Positions 1 to 11,380 of a stretch of 62,442 nt of DNA are shown here, piece after piece. The notes beneath the pieces are model-generated. The model did no database searches and had not been told where the DNA came from. It was given only the letters and a program-made list of their open reading frames with translations. Source of the stretch: Macrostomum lignano (taxonomy: Eukaryota). The stretch is taken from positions 1-62,442 of the forward strand of contig NIVC01004056.1 of assembly GCA_002269645.1 (NCBI GenBank), given 5' to 3'. The position numbers and the translations under genes were made by a program. Each line of letters begins with the position of its first letter. Position 1 is the stretch's first letter.

Positions 1-372
1 CCCTCAGGCGCAATGTACATGTACAAATTAATCGATAAAATAAGAGTATCGTGCCAGAATACCATAACGTCAATACATGTACATAGATGCATGGAACTAC
101 TTTACGAGAAATAATACACAATGCATGAAATACAATTAATGAAATAAATACATACGAGGCTACAAAAACAAAGTATTCAACAGTAACGTAAGCGCAATAA
201 TAATACGTATAGATTGTTGTTACAATGAAAGAAAGAATACAAGTGGTACGGTGTGCATGCGAGATAATCGAAATACGATACATATGCTTTCTACGAATTA
301 CACTGTCACACATATACTACTGGACTTTTAGACACAACATGATCAAAACAGCTTTACGGGCGTATCAAGATT

Positions 373-500
373 AGGCTTGTATTCTTTTCAACAAAACTTT
401 GATCGCATCTGATTGTCCTTTCGTGCAGGTTTATAATTATTGCATACATAAAAAACAGCCAAGTTTTTTACTCTTTCTTCACTTTTATGAAAAATATATT
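373..500. repeat. Degenerate dispersed repeat, copy 1 (similar to 14787-14900)
   Basis: GGCTTGTATTCTTTTCAACAAAAC...TTCTTCACTTTTATGAAAAAT aligns by eye with GGCTTTTATTCTTTTCAACAAAAA...TTCTTCACTTTATGAAAAAT at about 14787-14900, in the same orientation. Confidence 0.55.
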
Positions 501-678
501 CATAAGCGCTAGGGGCCTCATCGTGGTTCAAATCATCATGCTTGGCTTGGCCAGGCTTATTCAGTCAGCCAGGCTAAGTGGGCAGCAGCAGTGCATCGAT
601 CAACCAAGCTCGCTCAAGGCCTCACTGTACCGCTAGACTACTGACTTAGGTAACACTGACAGCTTAACCAAAGCCGGC

Positions 679-860
679 ATGCAGGAGATTATCACCATCC
701 ACATTGGTCAGTGCGGCGTCTGCGTCGGGCTCAAGTACTGGGAGAGCCTGGCCGACGAGCACGGCCTGGACTGTCAGGGCCAGTTTTTCGGCTCCAGCCC
801 GTTGCAGCTTGAAAGATCGGCGTGAACTTTGCGGAGTCGGGGTCCATGAGAAATGCCCGC
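679..860 (+). pseudogene. TUBB-like: Divergent beta-tubulin-like N-terminal fragment, frameshifted and truncated
   Basis: ATG at 679 gives MQEIITIHIGQCGVCVGLKYWESLADEHGLDCQGQFFGSSPLQLER. After a 1-nt shift near 816 it continues IGVNFAESGS. This is collinear with the beta-tubulin N-terminus (GQCG, W, DEHG, LQLERI; E45 at the same residue number). No later tubulin motif such as GGGTGSG was seen in the window. It is not in the ORF track. Confidence 0.75.
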
Positions 861-876
861 AGACGAATTGCCTGCC

Positions 877-916
877 GAGATTTGCCCACAGGAGATTTGC
901 CCGTGGAGATTTGCCC
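877..916. repeat. Three copies of GAGATTTGCCC
   Basis: Direct repeats at 877-887, 892-902 and 906-916, between the tubulin fragment and the LTR stub. Confidence 0.7.
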
Positions 917-927
917 GCCAAGCTTTA

Positions 928-987
928 TGTAGTCTCAGTGACAAGTACTTAAATAATAAATCAAGACACAACATCTTCCCCCTCTCT
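928..987 (-). repeat. 3' LTR stub plus polypurine tract of the Gypsy element
   Basis: The minus strand reads AGAGAGGGGGAAGA (PPT, 987-974), immediately followed by TGTTGTG (973 downward). The next ...ACTACA end is at 928. Confidence 0.55.
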
Positions 988-3800
988 GAGAGGTTCACCA
1001 GCCGTAACGTTGCACCGGTCGCCACTGACGGTTCGAACGTCTCAGCGGTGGAGTCGCAGGTCCCGAGGCTGGTCCTAGTATTTGAACGTTGGTCTCTCCG
1101 CCGCATTGTGCAGGTTGTTGCCTTTGAATGTCCACGAGGGGGGGTCAAGCTCGTTTGGCCCTGGTGGCTCAGAATTCGGCCGCAAAGACGTTGGTACAAG
1201 CGCCTGCTGATTCCAGGTGCTGCCGTCCGTTAGTCTACACACGGTGTTCGTTCTCTTGACGATCTGTAGTGGTCCAGAAAGCCGCGTCCCCAGCTTTCCC
1301 TTTCGAACTGGACGATGCACTCGAACCCAGTCACCGGCGCACAATGTTGGTGGTCGCACCCCCGCCGCCGGTCGGTATAAGCTGCCGTTCGCTGCTGTCT
1401 CTCCTAAATTCGCTGGGCGATATCTGGTTGTGCCGCCGTGGTGTCCTTAAACGGGCCAGTAGAGACAGTGCAGTGCGCCAACGTCTTCTTAGCATCAGCT
1501 CCGCTGGACTCTTGCCAGTCAGGGCGTGCGGCGTACTGCGGTAGGTCTCAAGGAATTGCAACAGCGCGTCTTTCATTGGGACATTCTCTGCCCTGGCCGC
1601 TCGTATGCTGTCTACCAGAGTCCGGTTGAGCCTCTCCGTCTGGCCGTTCGTGCTCGGACGGTACGGGCTGGTCTTCTGATGCTGGATGCCGCGCTCCGCG
1701 CAGGAACCCCGTGAGCGCATTGCCGAACTGCGGTCCGTTGTCCGTGAGCACCGTCTTGCAAAGACCCCAGCGAGCGAACAGGCTGCGTAACACTTTGCAG
1801 ATCGTCTCGGTGGTGATGTTTGACGTTGCAAATACTTCCGGCCATTTACTATGCAGATCCGTAATGACCAAAAGGAATCGTGACGATGCTGGTGCTGCCT
1901 GTAGCTCACCCACGATGTCGATGGCGATCTGTGTCCACGGCCCATCTGGCCACCGCAGAGGCTGCAGAGGAGCCGGTCGCAATTTGAAATTCTTTTCTGC
2001 GGTCTCGCAGGCACTGCAGTTTCTGACAAACGTTTCGACGTCGAAGTCCATCTTTGGCCACCAGGCAAACTCGCGGAGCTGCTGCTTAGTACGAACCACA
2101 CCCGGATGTCCGGCGTGCGCCGATTCCAGTAGGTTACGCCGCAGCTGATGTGGAATGACTGCTCGCTCTTGGAAAGCCAGGCAATGTGCCATCCTGCCAA
2201 ACGCTGAGGTGCTCTCTGACTTTGAAGAACGGGTGCAACTCTGTATCCTTCGTTGAGCCCCAGTTGCCGCTAGTCACTCGCTTAATCACCTCGCGCAGAA
2301 CCGTGTCCTCGGCCGTTGCTGTCGCTAGCTGGGTAGGTGTTACTACTCGGACTCGAGGCATCGCAGTGTCCGGTAGCTGTACGATATTCATGTCCGACCC
2401 ACAGCTCCACATTGACAACATGTCGGCCACGAAGTTCCGATTGCCTGGCGGATATATTACGTGGAAATCGTACTGTTGAAATCTGTCACACCAGCCATGG
2501 ATGCGCAGCGGCCGATGTCCCGTGCCGCTGGGTCCCAACAGTAGTTGACGTACCGCTTGATGGTCTGTTCGCAGCTCAAAGTGACGCCCATATAGGTAGT
2601 AGTGCCACTTCTCCATGGCCCACAGACTGGCCAATGCCTCCTGCTCATTTGCAGCGTATCGCTTCTCGGTGTCGGTCAAGGCTCGGGCGGCAAAGGCGAT
2701 TGGACGCTCGACGCCGTCTTGGATCTGGGACAGGTTTGCACGAGAGACTCCGCACTGGCGTCGCTGGTGACAATCGTCTCGGCCTCTGGGTCAAAGTGCG
2801 CCAGGATTGGTGGATTACAGATTGCTGCTTTTAGCTCTTGGAACGCTCTTTCGCAGTCCGTCGACCACTCGAACTCCGCATCCCCCTTCAGTAGGGCCCT
2901 CAGAGGCGCTGTGACTTCAGCAAATTTGGGCACAAAGCGCATCAGGTAGTTTGCAGATCCTAGGAACGCCTGCAGCTCCAATTCCGGTTAGACGGTGAGC
3001 GCAACTGGCTGAATGCCTTGGTCTGGGACTCTGAAGGTCGCATACCGTCAGCTGAGAAGATGAGGCCAAAAAATTCTACCTCCGTCTTGCGTAGCAGGCA
3101 TTTGTCCTTATTGGCCGTTAGGCCAGCGTCGTTCATACGCCCTAATAGCGCTCGCAGTCTTGAATCATGTTCAGTCATGTTTGCTCCGAAAACAAAAAAA
3201 TCGTCCAGAATATGTTCGACCCATGAAGTCCGGCTACTAAGTCGTCCAACATCCTTTGGAAGGCTGCTGGCGCTGACGCTAAGCCGAAAGGCACTCTGCA
3301 ATACCGATACAACCCCAGGTGCGTGATGAATGCTGTCAAGTCACGCGATGCCTCATCCAACTGCATGTAGCCAGCTTTGAGATCGATCTTTGAAAATACG
3401 CGGCCACTTTCTGCCTTGATCTTTGCCGAAATCTCGTCCAGCTGAGGCATCGGATGTCGATCGATTACAAGCGACTTATTCAGCTCTCGCACGTCGATGC
3501 AGATTCGAATGTTGACGTCTTTCTTGTTTGCGACAACCATGTTGGATATCCATGGGCTGGAGTTTATTCGTTCAATGCGGTCAAGTTCTCCATGCGGTCA
3601 AGTTCATTGCCTATTTTCTGTTGCTTTGCGAGGGGAAGGCGGCGCAGCGGCTGCTGCACTGGTAGCACAGCTGCATTTACTCTCGGCTTGTGCACCGCCC
3701 CTTTGCAGAGTCCGATTAGACCACTGAAAACCGCTGGGAACTCCTCCGCTATGTCTACACTGGCGATACTATTCTCAACCTCCGGAGGCTGCAGTTGTAC
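928..3800 (-). mobile_element. Ty3/Gypsy LTR retrotransposon, 5'-truncated, pol broken by several frameshifts
   Basis: Domain order is RT-RNaseH-IN. RT: RICIDVRELN, FSKIDLKAGY, YCRVPFGLASAPAAFQR, ILDD. RNaseH: SDAS, YAANEQEALA, FELRTDHQA. Integrase: HAGHPG..C..C zinc finger, IDIVG, LTDNGPQF, PSTNGQTER, and a GPF/Y-like GDWVRV...GPLQI. gag, protease and the 5' LTR were not seen. Confidence 0.92.
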
Positions 3801-4280
3801 CCGGAATCCATGATGCTGGGCCTGACTGCCTGCGTCCGGTTTCCTGGACAGCTAAACCTCAGTCCGGGCAAACTTTCAAGCGCGCTGGTGCCCCTGCCCA
3901 GTGCGACCGGCTGTGCAGTCTCTACTGCGAGACCGCGACTGCCTGAGCCGCGCACCCAGCGCATAATTTTGTTTAAAACATGAAAACTAAAAAATTCTGG
4001 CTGAGTTGGGTAAATTTGGATGCAAAGCGTCATCTGAAGTAAAACTATAGACGGCTCAAAGCAGAGACCGAAACGCTCCATTCGTTTCTTTTTCAATTTC
4101 AAACTGTTTTCTCCGCGTTTAGTCTTTTATTTGACAATACTGGTGGTCTTGCCAGGAAAAGAGCTGCTGAATAACGTGCACTTGTCTAATGACTTGTCCA
4201 ATGGGCACTTAAGGAGCATCTTTACCAATGGGGAGAACTATAAACAGAATTAAGGACATCTTTATGAGTGAGAGGACATT

Positions 4281-4976
4281 TCCAACAGTTTGGGAACATG
4301 TCTAACAGTTTGGGAACATGTCCAACAGTTTGGGAACATGTCTAACAGTTTGGGAACATGTCTAACAGTTTGGGAACATGTCCAACAGTTTGGGAACATG
4401 TCCAACAGTTTAGGAACATGTCCAACAGTTTGGGAACATGTCCAACAGTTTGGGAACATGTCCAACAGTTTGGGAACATGCCCAACAGTTTGGGAACATG
4501 TCCAACAGTTTGGGAACATGTCCAACAGTTTGGGAACATGTCCAACAGTTTGGGAACATGTCTAACAGTTTGGGAACATGTCTAACAGTTTGGGAACATG
4601 TCTAACAGTTTGGGAACATGTCCAACAGTTTGGGAACATGTCCAACAGTTTAGGAACATGTCCAACAGTTTGGGAACATGTCCAACAGTTTGGGAACATG
4701 TCCAACAGTTTGGGAACATGCCCAACAGTTTGGGAACATGTCCAACAGTTTGGGAACATGTCCAACAGTTTGGGAACATGTCCAACAGTTTGGGAACATG
4801 CCCAACAGTTTGGGAACATGGGAACAGTTTGGGAACATGTCCAACAGTTTGGGAACATGTCCAACAGTTTGGGAACATGTCCAACAGTTTGGGAACATGT
4901 CCAACAGTTTGGGAACATGTCCAACAGTTTGGGAACATGTCCAACAGTTTGGGAACATGTCCAACAGTTTGGGAAC
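4281..4976. repeat. 20-bp satellite TTTGGGAACATGTCCAACAG, about 35 copies
   Basis: Directly visible tandem array with few variants. Confidence 0.97.
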
Positions 4977-5366
4977 TGTTATTAGGACGTTAGGAGTTGG
5001 AGCACTGATCGGCCCAAGACTGCAGCAGAGCTATCGCTGCTCTTCCCTGTCCCCCGGATGCTTCGGGTAAACGTCCGGCTTCGCGGCCGGAACGCTCGCC
5101 AGTTCTGCGCGTACGCGCCACCTGCCACCCGCCCAGATGAGGCTCAGGACTTCTTCGAGCAGCTCTCTGCGCGCGTGGAGGAGACTGCGCAGCGCGACAC
5201 GGTGGTCGTACTCAGAGACCTAAACGCAGTTCCGCGTAGGTCCGAGCGGTCGCTGTTTGTGACGCCCCGCGAGAACGGCATCAAACAGGTGCTGCAGGAC
5301 TTCCTGGAGAGGCAGGATATGGTGTCGGCCAACACCCGCTTCCGCAAGCCACCCAGCAGGCTCGCG
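4977..5366 (+). mobile_element. Non-LTR retrotransposon (LINE) APE-type endonuclease fragment
   Basis: Translation gives GVGALIG...RMLRVNVRL...CAYAPPA...FFEQL...VVVLRDLNA (GDxNA-like)...SANTRFRK, typical of LINE endonucleases. It is frameshifted near 5050, with no RT and no 3' tail. Confidence 0.75.
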
Positions 5367-5500
5367 TTTGGGAACATGTCCAACAGTTTGGGAGCATGTC
5401 CAACAGTTTGGGAGCATGTCCAACAGTTTAAGAGCATGTCCAACAGTTAGGGACAGGTCTAACAGTTCAGGAACATGTACATCAGTTGGGGAACATGTCC
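5367..5500. repeat. Resumption of the 20-bp satellite, degenerate, about 6 copies
   Basis: TTTGGGAACATGTCCAACAG units restart right after the LINE fragment and then decay. Confidence 0.9.
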
Positions 5501-6381
5501 ATAAAAACTAATAAAAGGTGTCGGACAGGGCAAAAGCATGCAGATCAAGAAACACTTCGTTGCATGACAAACCAGCAGTTTCTCAGGACTGGTGATTGTT
5601 AGGTTAATGTTCGATTTTTGATAAAAGAAAGTATAAGCCAGTTAATCAAAGTAGATTAATTTTTTCAGCAAAAAATATCGTATTAAGGCTTTGTATTAGT
5701 TTGAGTAAATAATGGAAACACAGATAAAACAGGACAGATCGGGTGCCAGCAGTGATCAAATAATCGCAAATCAGAGAGAATTCTTGAACTATCAAGAACA
5801 CATCGCTTAGTTTGTACTGTAAACAAAAAGACAAACTTATAAATAAAAAAATTAATCCAGTAACAGTTTAAAGTTAAAAATGCGATAAAAATCGTGTAAG
5901 ATTAAATTTTTTATTAGTCTATCTGTTGACTTGATTTCTAGTTACAGAATGTTGTTTCAACAATCTCTTAAATAAGTTTGGGCCAAAAAAACACAACGGT
6001 TGCAGTGATGTCACCTGACAATTTTAAGAGCTTGGTATAGAAATGAGCTGAAAAATATCTGGGAATGTCTTCTGTGCTAAAGAGTTCAATAAGCAGTAGA
6101 TATAAGCACAAGTGAATAAAGGGAGATTAGCTTTTTAGTAAAAAGAGGTAAAATTAGCGACTCCGATTGAAAAGTAATTTGAAGGGCAAGCGGCCAGTGA
6201 AGGTCAAGCAGTTTTTTCCTATTCATAGCTCGTATTTGTAATCTTCTTTAGCGTACTGTGAATTCTTCAAATAAATTTAATCAATTGACAGCTTGACCAA
6301 CTTAACCAGAGTGCAATTAATAAGGCAAGGCGCACGGTCAGTAAGCTTCAAGACAGCGAGTCACATCAAGGAAATTCAGCT

Positions 6382-6506
6382 TCAGATATCTGGCTGCTGG
6401 CTGTCGCACTGCGCCTTGCAGCGCAGCAGACACTGCGCCAGGAACTCGATCGGGTCCACGGGCCTCGCGTTCGCTACCTCGGCCATTGAGCTGGCCAGTG
6501 CTGGCT
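6382..6506 (-). CDS. NWD-type NACHT gene, exon 6 (terminal): Dpy-30 motif core
   Basis: Strong acceptor ccccccattttctcattccAG (6508-6507), phase 1. It encodes (K)PALASSMAEVANARPVDPIEFLAQCLLRCKAQCDSQQPDI* with TGA at 6384-6382. An ATTAAA lies on the minus strand at 6281-6276. Confidence 0.75.
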
Positions 6507-6559
6507 CTGGAATGAGAAAATGGGGGGAATTTTGTAGTGCTCAACATGTTCCGTAGGGT

Positions 6560-6760
6560 AAAGACTCTCAAGACACCGCTCTCTGAGGAGGCTGGAAACA
6601 CCGCTTTCTGAGCAGGACTCTGAAGACAATACTCTGGGAGAAGGACCCAGAAGACACCACTGTGGGAAGGACTTTGGGGACACCAATGTGTGAAGGACCC
6701 TGAAGACACCACTCTCTGGGAAGGAATGAAGGAATCTGAAGACACAATACTGAGGATTCT
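6560..6760. repeat. Degenerate minisatellite of about 30 bp in NACHT-gene intron 5
   Basis: Recurring GAAGACAC(C/A)..CTCTGGGAAGGA-like units. Confidence 0.6.
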
Positions 6761-6915
6761 GAAAATCCCACTGGGATGAAATATTAAAATAAAATCAGTA
6801 ATTTCCCTCAGCGAAGAATCCCAACTTCAATTAAGCCTTCCGGAATACATCTAGGGCAATAACGCTTATTAACTACCACGTATTAAGTTGTAATCAACAA
6901 CCCCTTGAATCTCAC

Positions 6916-7198
6916 TCAGCATGTCCAGGTATTCCGGTCTTGGACCAGGTGCTTTCGCCGGCGAACCTACACTCGAGTCTGCATTCGCCGTTGCATCGAT
7001 CGCCTTCATCGAGTGCATCTGGGCAGCTCCATCAGCAGCAACTAGCGGTTGCGGGTCGTGAAGCTCAAACAGCATGATTGGTGCGTTATGCGTCAGCACC
7101 AGCAGGTCCCGACCATCTTCCCCAACCAAGCAGAGTCCGAAAGGATCCGACTCAAACAGGTAGTTTGCAACGCGGCGTCCATCACTGATTACATAGAC
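6916..7198 (-). CDS. NWD-type NACHT gene, exon 5
   Basis: Acceptor ttctgcactccAG (7200-7199). It encodes VYVISDGRRVANYLFESDPFGLCLVGEDGRDLLVL...PRPEYLDML. Phase-1 donor A|GTGAGA at 6915. If unspliced, the frame stops at 6871-6869. Confidence 0.75.
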
Positions 7199-7313
7199 CT
7201 GGAGTGCAGAAATTAAACGCAGTCATTGAGAAAAGGCATCTTTAGATCGGATTCTTATAAGCGTTGGCATTAAAAGATTTGCCATTCCCAATAACAATCG
7301 TTGCTAATCTTAC

Positions 7314-10300
7314 CTGCAAGCCTCGAGGTGGAACAATTGCGAACATGTCCGAATTGTTCATGGATTCGTCATCGAATACGGCGAACTCCACCTCGTAGGC
7401 GGGAAAGTACACCTGGCCAACAAGCAGGCTGCAGTCTGGCGTGGCCTGCAATCTAACAAAGTACAAGTCCTCGTCCTGACTGAGACAGCGGATCACTTCG
7501 CCTTTCATGTAGTCCACAATCTGAAGCTTGTAGTTGACCAGGTGCTGGTTGTCGTGGAGGAAGGCCACTGCGGGTCCCATGTCGAACACTTTGCCGATGG
7601 AGTGCTGGAACTGGATCTCGCTGGTCGGAGCTCCTTTCTCCACGTCGCTGTAGTCGAGGCGCACAACCGCGCCGAGCCAAATCGGAGGAACTCCGACGCC
7701 GACGCGAATCTCCTCGGACGCTTTGAGGTGTTGGCTGAAGGCCAGGTTGAGCGTGCACTTCTCTGGCAGGAACTGAATGTCGACGAGGTCATTGCGATTA
7801 TTCAATCGCTTTTTTAGAAACTTTTCTTCCTTCGCTTTCTTAGCCGCTTCCGTCAGCTCTTCTTCATCGCCTTTGGTTTCGGTTGAATTCTCTTCCTTGG
7901 TCTCCTGGTTTTCGGAAGGCTCCTTCGTCTCTTCCTTCTTGCCTTTCTTCATCTTTTGCTTTTTACTGCCTTTCTTCTTAGATGTCGCCTTTAAGCCGCC
8001 ATAAATGACCTCTGAAAACTGCTCGATAAAATCTTGTGAGAGCCTGTCTGAGCTATCATCGCCGCTGTCTAGATGATTATTTTTCGTAAACTTGAATACC
8101 ACGCTCTCCATTGTGGGGAGATGGACAAGTGAGACAAAACTCTCTTTGAAGCTGTACTGAACGTGGCACTTAAGTAAAATTAAGCACTGTCGAGATTCAT
8201 CAAGAAATCCTAATTCTAGAGAATTTGATCCATGCGAAATCGGAGTCTGGGCGAAGATGTTGTTTTTTGAGATACACAGTGAAGCCTGTAGTTCCATTTC
8301 TTTGTCACTTGATTCGTTTTCTGCGTCAACGTGAAATTTGAACTCGACCCCTCCAACTGATTTGGACTTACGACTTCGAAGGAGTTCCTCCTTTGATGTG
8401 CTACCAAAAACTTTTTCTACCAGCTGGTTGCTGATCACTGAGATGCCAACAGAAAAAGGAGCTTTCGGATCGCGGCGAAGCTCGATAATGGGAGGCTGAT
8501 CCGACAGCCTAAGCGTCTCTAACTGATCGTCTTCTTTCGAGTCGCGTGAAGAGGACTTCTTGACCACCAGTGTCCGAGTGTTCAATGAAATCAGAGCCTC
8601 ATTAGTGCGAATGTCCACCGTGTGACAATCGGTGAGTCCTGTCGCATTCTTACACGGCTTGACCTGAGTATACATGGGAAGCAGTGCATCCTCTTCGCTG
8701 TGGTGACTAAGCTTGTCGGTGAAGTGTTTCAAATTGTACACCTTAGTCATGATGAACATTCGCTCGTCAGAGTCGCCAGCCGACTCGTCAGGAAAATGAC
8801 AGATAGTGAAGAAGTCCGTGCCTTTCGGCTGGCCACAAAGAAAGCTTTCGGCCGTTCCTAGGGAGATTCCTTCCAAAAGTTCGCCAGTTTGCACGGACCA
8901 CACAAGTAGAAGCACCTTAGAACCAGACGTAACTAGCAATCGCTCGTCTTCGGTAAATTTAGCCTGCGTACCGTCACCAAAACTTGATGCAGCCTTTTTG
9001 AACTTGTCTTGCTCAGGTGATATTGTCATCCCAACAGCGCGCTTTTCGTCACAGTCGTACAGCAGACCACGAAGAACGCTTGTTTGACCGTATAATCTGG
9101 ACTTTCTCTTCAGAAGGAAAGTCATTCGACGACGACTTGGGCTTACGAAATTTTGACTGTACTTTATATCGAAGCTTTCCTGAAGGTCCACAATACAAAT
9201 GGGCTTGAGGCTTTCAGAGATGGAGAATGTAACGAAAAAAGTATTGAGTTGTTTCGCCCTCCCTTCTTCAGCTGAGTTTGTTGCGTTTACAATAGCAACG
9301 ATGTTTCCCTCATGATCAATGAGACAGGAGCTAGCAGAAACTTCCTCAGCTTGCTGAAGTAACTCGATGGCCTTCGATTTCAAGTCGGCTTCACTTGCTG
9401 CCGGACTTTCGTCCGCTTCTGTCTTCTCACAATTTTCATCCGGTGTCTTTTCTTCTTTCTTATTGTCAGGTTGCTTCAGTTGTGAGTACCGCCACATGGA
9501 CTCAAGTTCCGCTTTGTCAGCTGACTTGAAGATGTCAGGCAAAGAACCTCGAACGATCTCTTTCGTGTTTAAGTTCATGAACACGAGCAATGTTGAGTGG
9601 TTGCTGCCTGCCTCGATCCCAAAGCACAGCAAGTTGTTTTTGCTATCGAGGTTTTGGGTGCCGATTCTCGACGTTCCGCTTGTATTTTCTTCATAAAGCG
9701 CAACAAACTTCTTCTCTCCGAGTGACAGCAGTCTAAGAGTGCTTGTTCCCGTTGAGTCACTCTTTCCCTTGCAACAAAGCACATAGTCCTTTGTCACATA
9801 TTCTACGTCATCAGATGAGACACTCCATGATGGGTCCAGAGTCATCAGTTTCGTCACCCTGCCGTTTATGAAGTCGACTCGAACGAGATCTTGCGACTTC
9901 TGCGCCTCTTCCTCTCCAGACATCATCTTCTTCATCATCCCGTCTACGTCCAGCTTCTCCATGATGCTGTCTGGAATCTCTCCAGCGTTGAGCGATTCCA
10001 TCATGTCTCGCAGCTCTTGCGGCACATCCTTGTTGCACGCTTCGTATTCTTCGATCTCCTCTTGGATCTTCTTCCGACCCATGTTAAGGACAAGCGCTTG
10101 TCTGTCGTCCTCGGTGACACCGGCATTCTTCGAGCGCATCGATAGCACGTGCATTACGCAGTCGTCTGGGATGTATCCAGTCGACATGTACTTCATGCTG
10201 AGGAACAGGTTGTAGTCGGAGCTGAACCGTTTGATCTCATTTCCCTCGATGTCGTACCAGGTGACTTCGTTGTTGATGAGTGAGAAGGACACCAGCTGAC

Positions 10301-10838
10301 CGTTGGGCATGACCAGTCCCATTCCGAGTCCGAGATCAAAGCTGGAGTAGAGAACTCCAGACCCGGAGTCGAAGCACTGCACCTTCGGGATGAGGCAGCA
10401 GTTGCTGAGAGCCTGTTTCGACTGGCGACACTGGTTGAGCAGCAGCTTCACTCGAGGACAGTCCTTCTCGTACATGATGAGCCGACCGATGAGATCAACG
10501 CTCAGATTGACAGGGTCGTATACGAGACTCTGAGCGGAGAGTCGGATTGCATTGTACACGAGCTCGGCCTCTTTGATGTACTCGACACCGAGCTTCTGCG
10601 GGAGGTCGAGGTCTCTCAGCAGCAGGTAGCGAGACGTGCTCTTCAGCTTGTTGAACATGAAGTCGTAGTCAAACACAATGTAGTCGTAGAACTCGTTCAC
10701 TCGACCGGACTTGATGAGGTGCCACGGCAGCTCGTTCAGCTTTCGCAGGTTGTACTGAGCAGTGCCGTCCTCATCTTTGCGGAGCACGAATGGCTGCTCG
10801 GGAACGGCTCGGTCCTCCATTGAGAACTCCGGAAGATT
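7314..10838 (-). CDS. NWD-type NACHT gene, exon 4 (1175 codons; helical region, then a divergent beta-rich C-terminal region)
   Basis: Acceptor ctcactccAG (10840-10839) and donor CAG|GTAAGA (7313). It starts NLPEFSMEDRAVPEQPF...YNLRKLNELPWHL, a motif typical of NWD proteins. Confidence 0.85.
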
Positions 10839-10915
10839 CTGGAGTGAGAACGAATGCATAAACGGCTCAGTAAGTCGGTTCAGAGAACAGATCAATTTCA
10901 GTGCTCATCACTTAC

Positions 10916-11293
10916 GAGCTTCTTGCGCAGATAGGCTGGGTACACGAACTTCTTTCTCCTGCCGCTCCACAGACCCAAGAAGTAGTCTGCCATGATGGAG
11001 TGAATGTCCCGTCTGGTCTTTTCGTCCGACAAGAAGTACTCCTGAGCCACCTCGATGAACTGTCGGTGGTACCAGAACACTACCCGGATGTTGTCCGCCT
11101 CTCTCTCGACCAGGTAAGAGCCAATGTCGTGACGCAGTCGAGCCCAGCAGATCGGCGGGATGCGGATGAAGGGCGGCAGGTGATGCTGGAACACGTCAAT
11201 GAGGACGGCGTCATCCAGACTGAGCAGATCCTCCAGCTCCGACTCTGACAGTCCGTTTCTCGATGCAGTGATGAATGCCAGGGCGTGAGAGGT
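10916..11293 (-). CDS. NWD-type NACHT gene, exon 3 (winged-helix region)
   Basis: Acceptor ttttccAG (11295-11294) and donor GTAAGT (10915). It encodes [28 protein letters not shown]...[13 protein letters not shown]...WYHRQF, typical of NWD1/NWD2. Confidence 0.88.
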
Positions 11294-11380
11294 CTGGAAA
11301 AACAATTCACTGTAGATAAATGGATAGTTGTGGAATATTCTCACTAGCCTGGGCTAATGTAACTAACACGAAGTACTTAC

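Noticed and set aside
7242-7313. NACHT protein ending at 7242, as in the ORF track
   Set aside because: A canonical GTAAGA donor at 7313 and an in-frame downstream exon indicate this stretch is intron.
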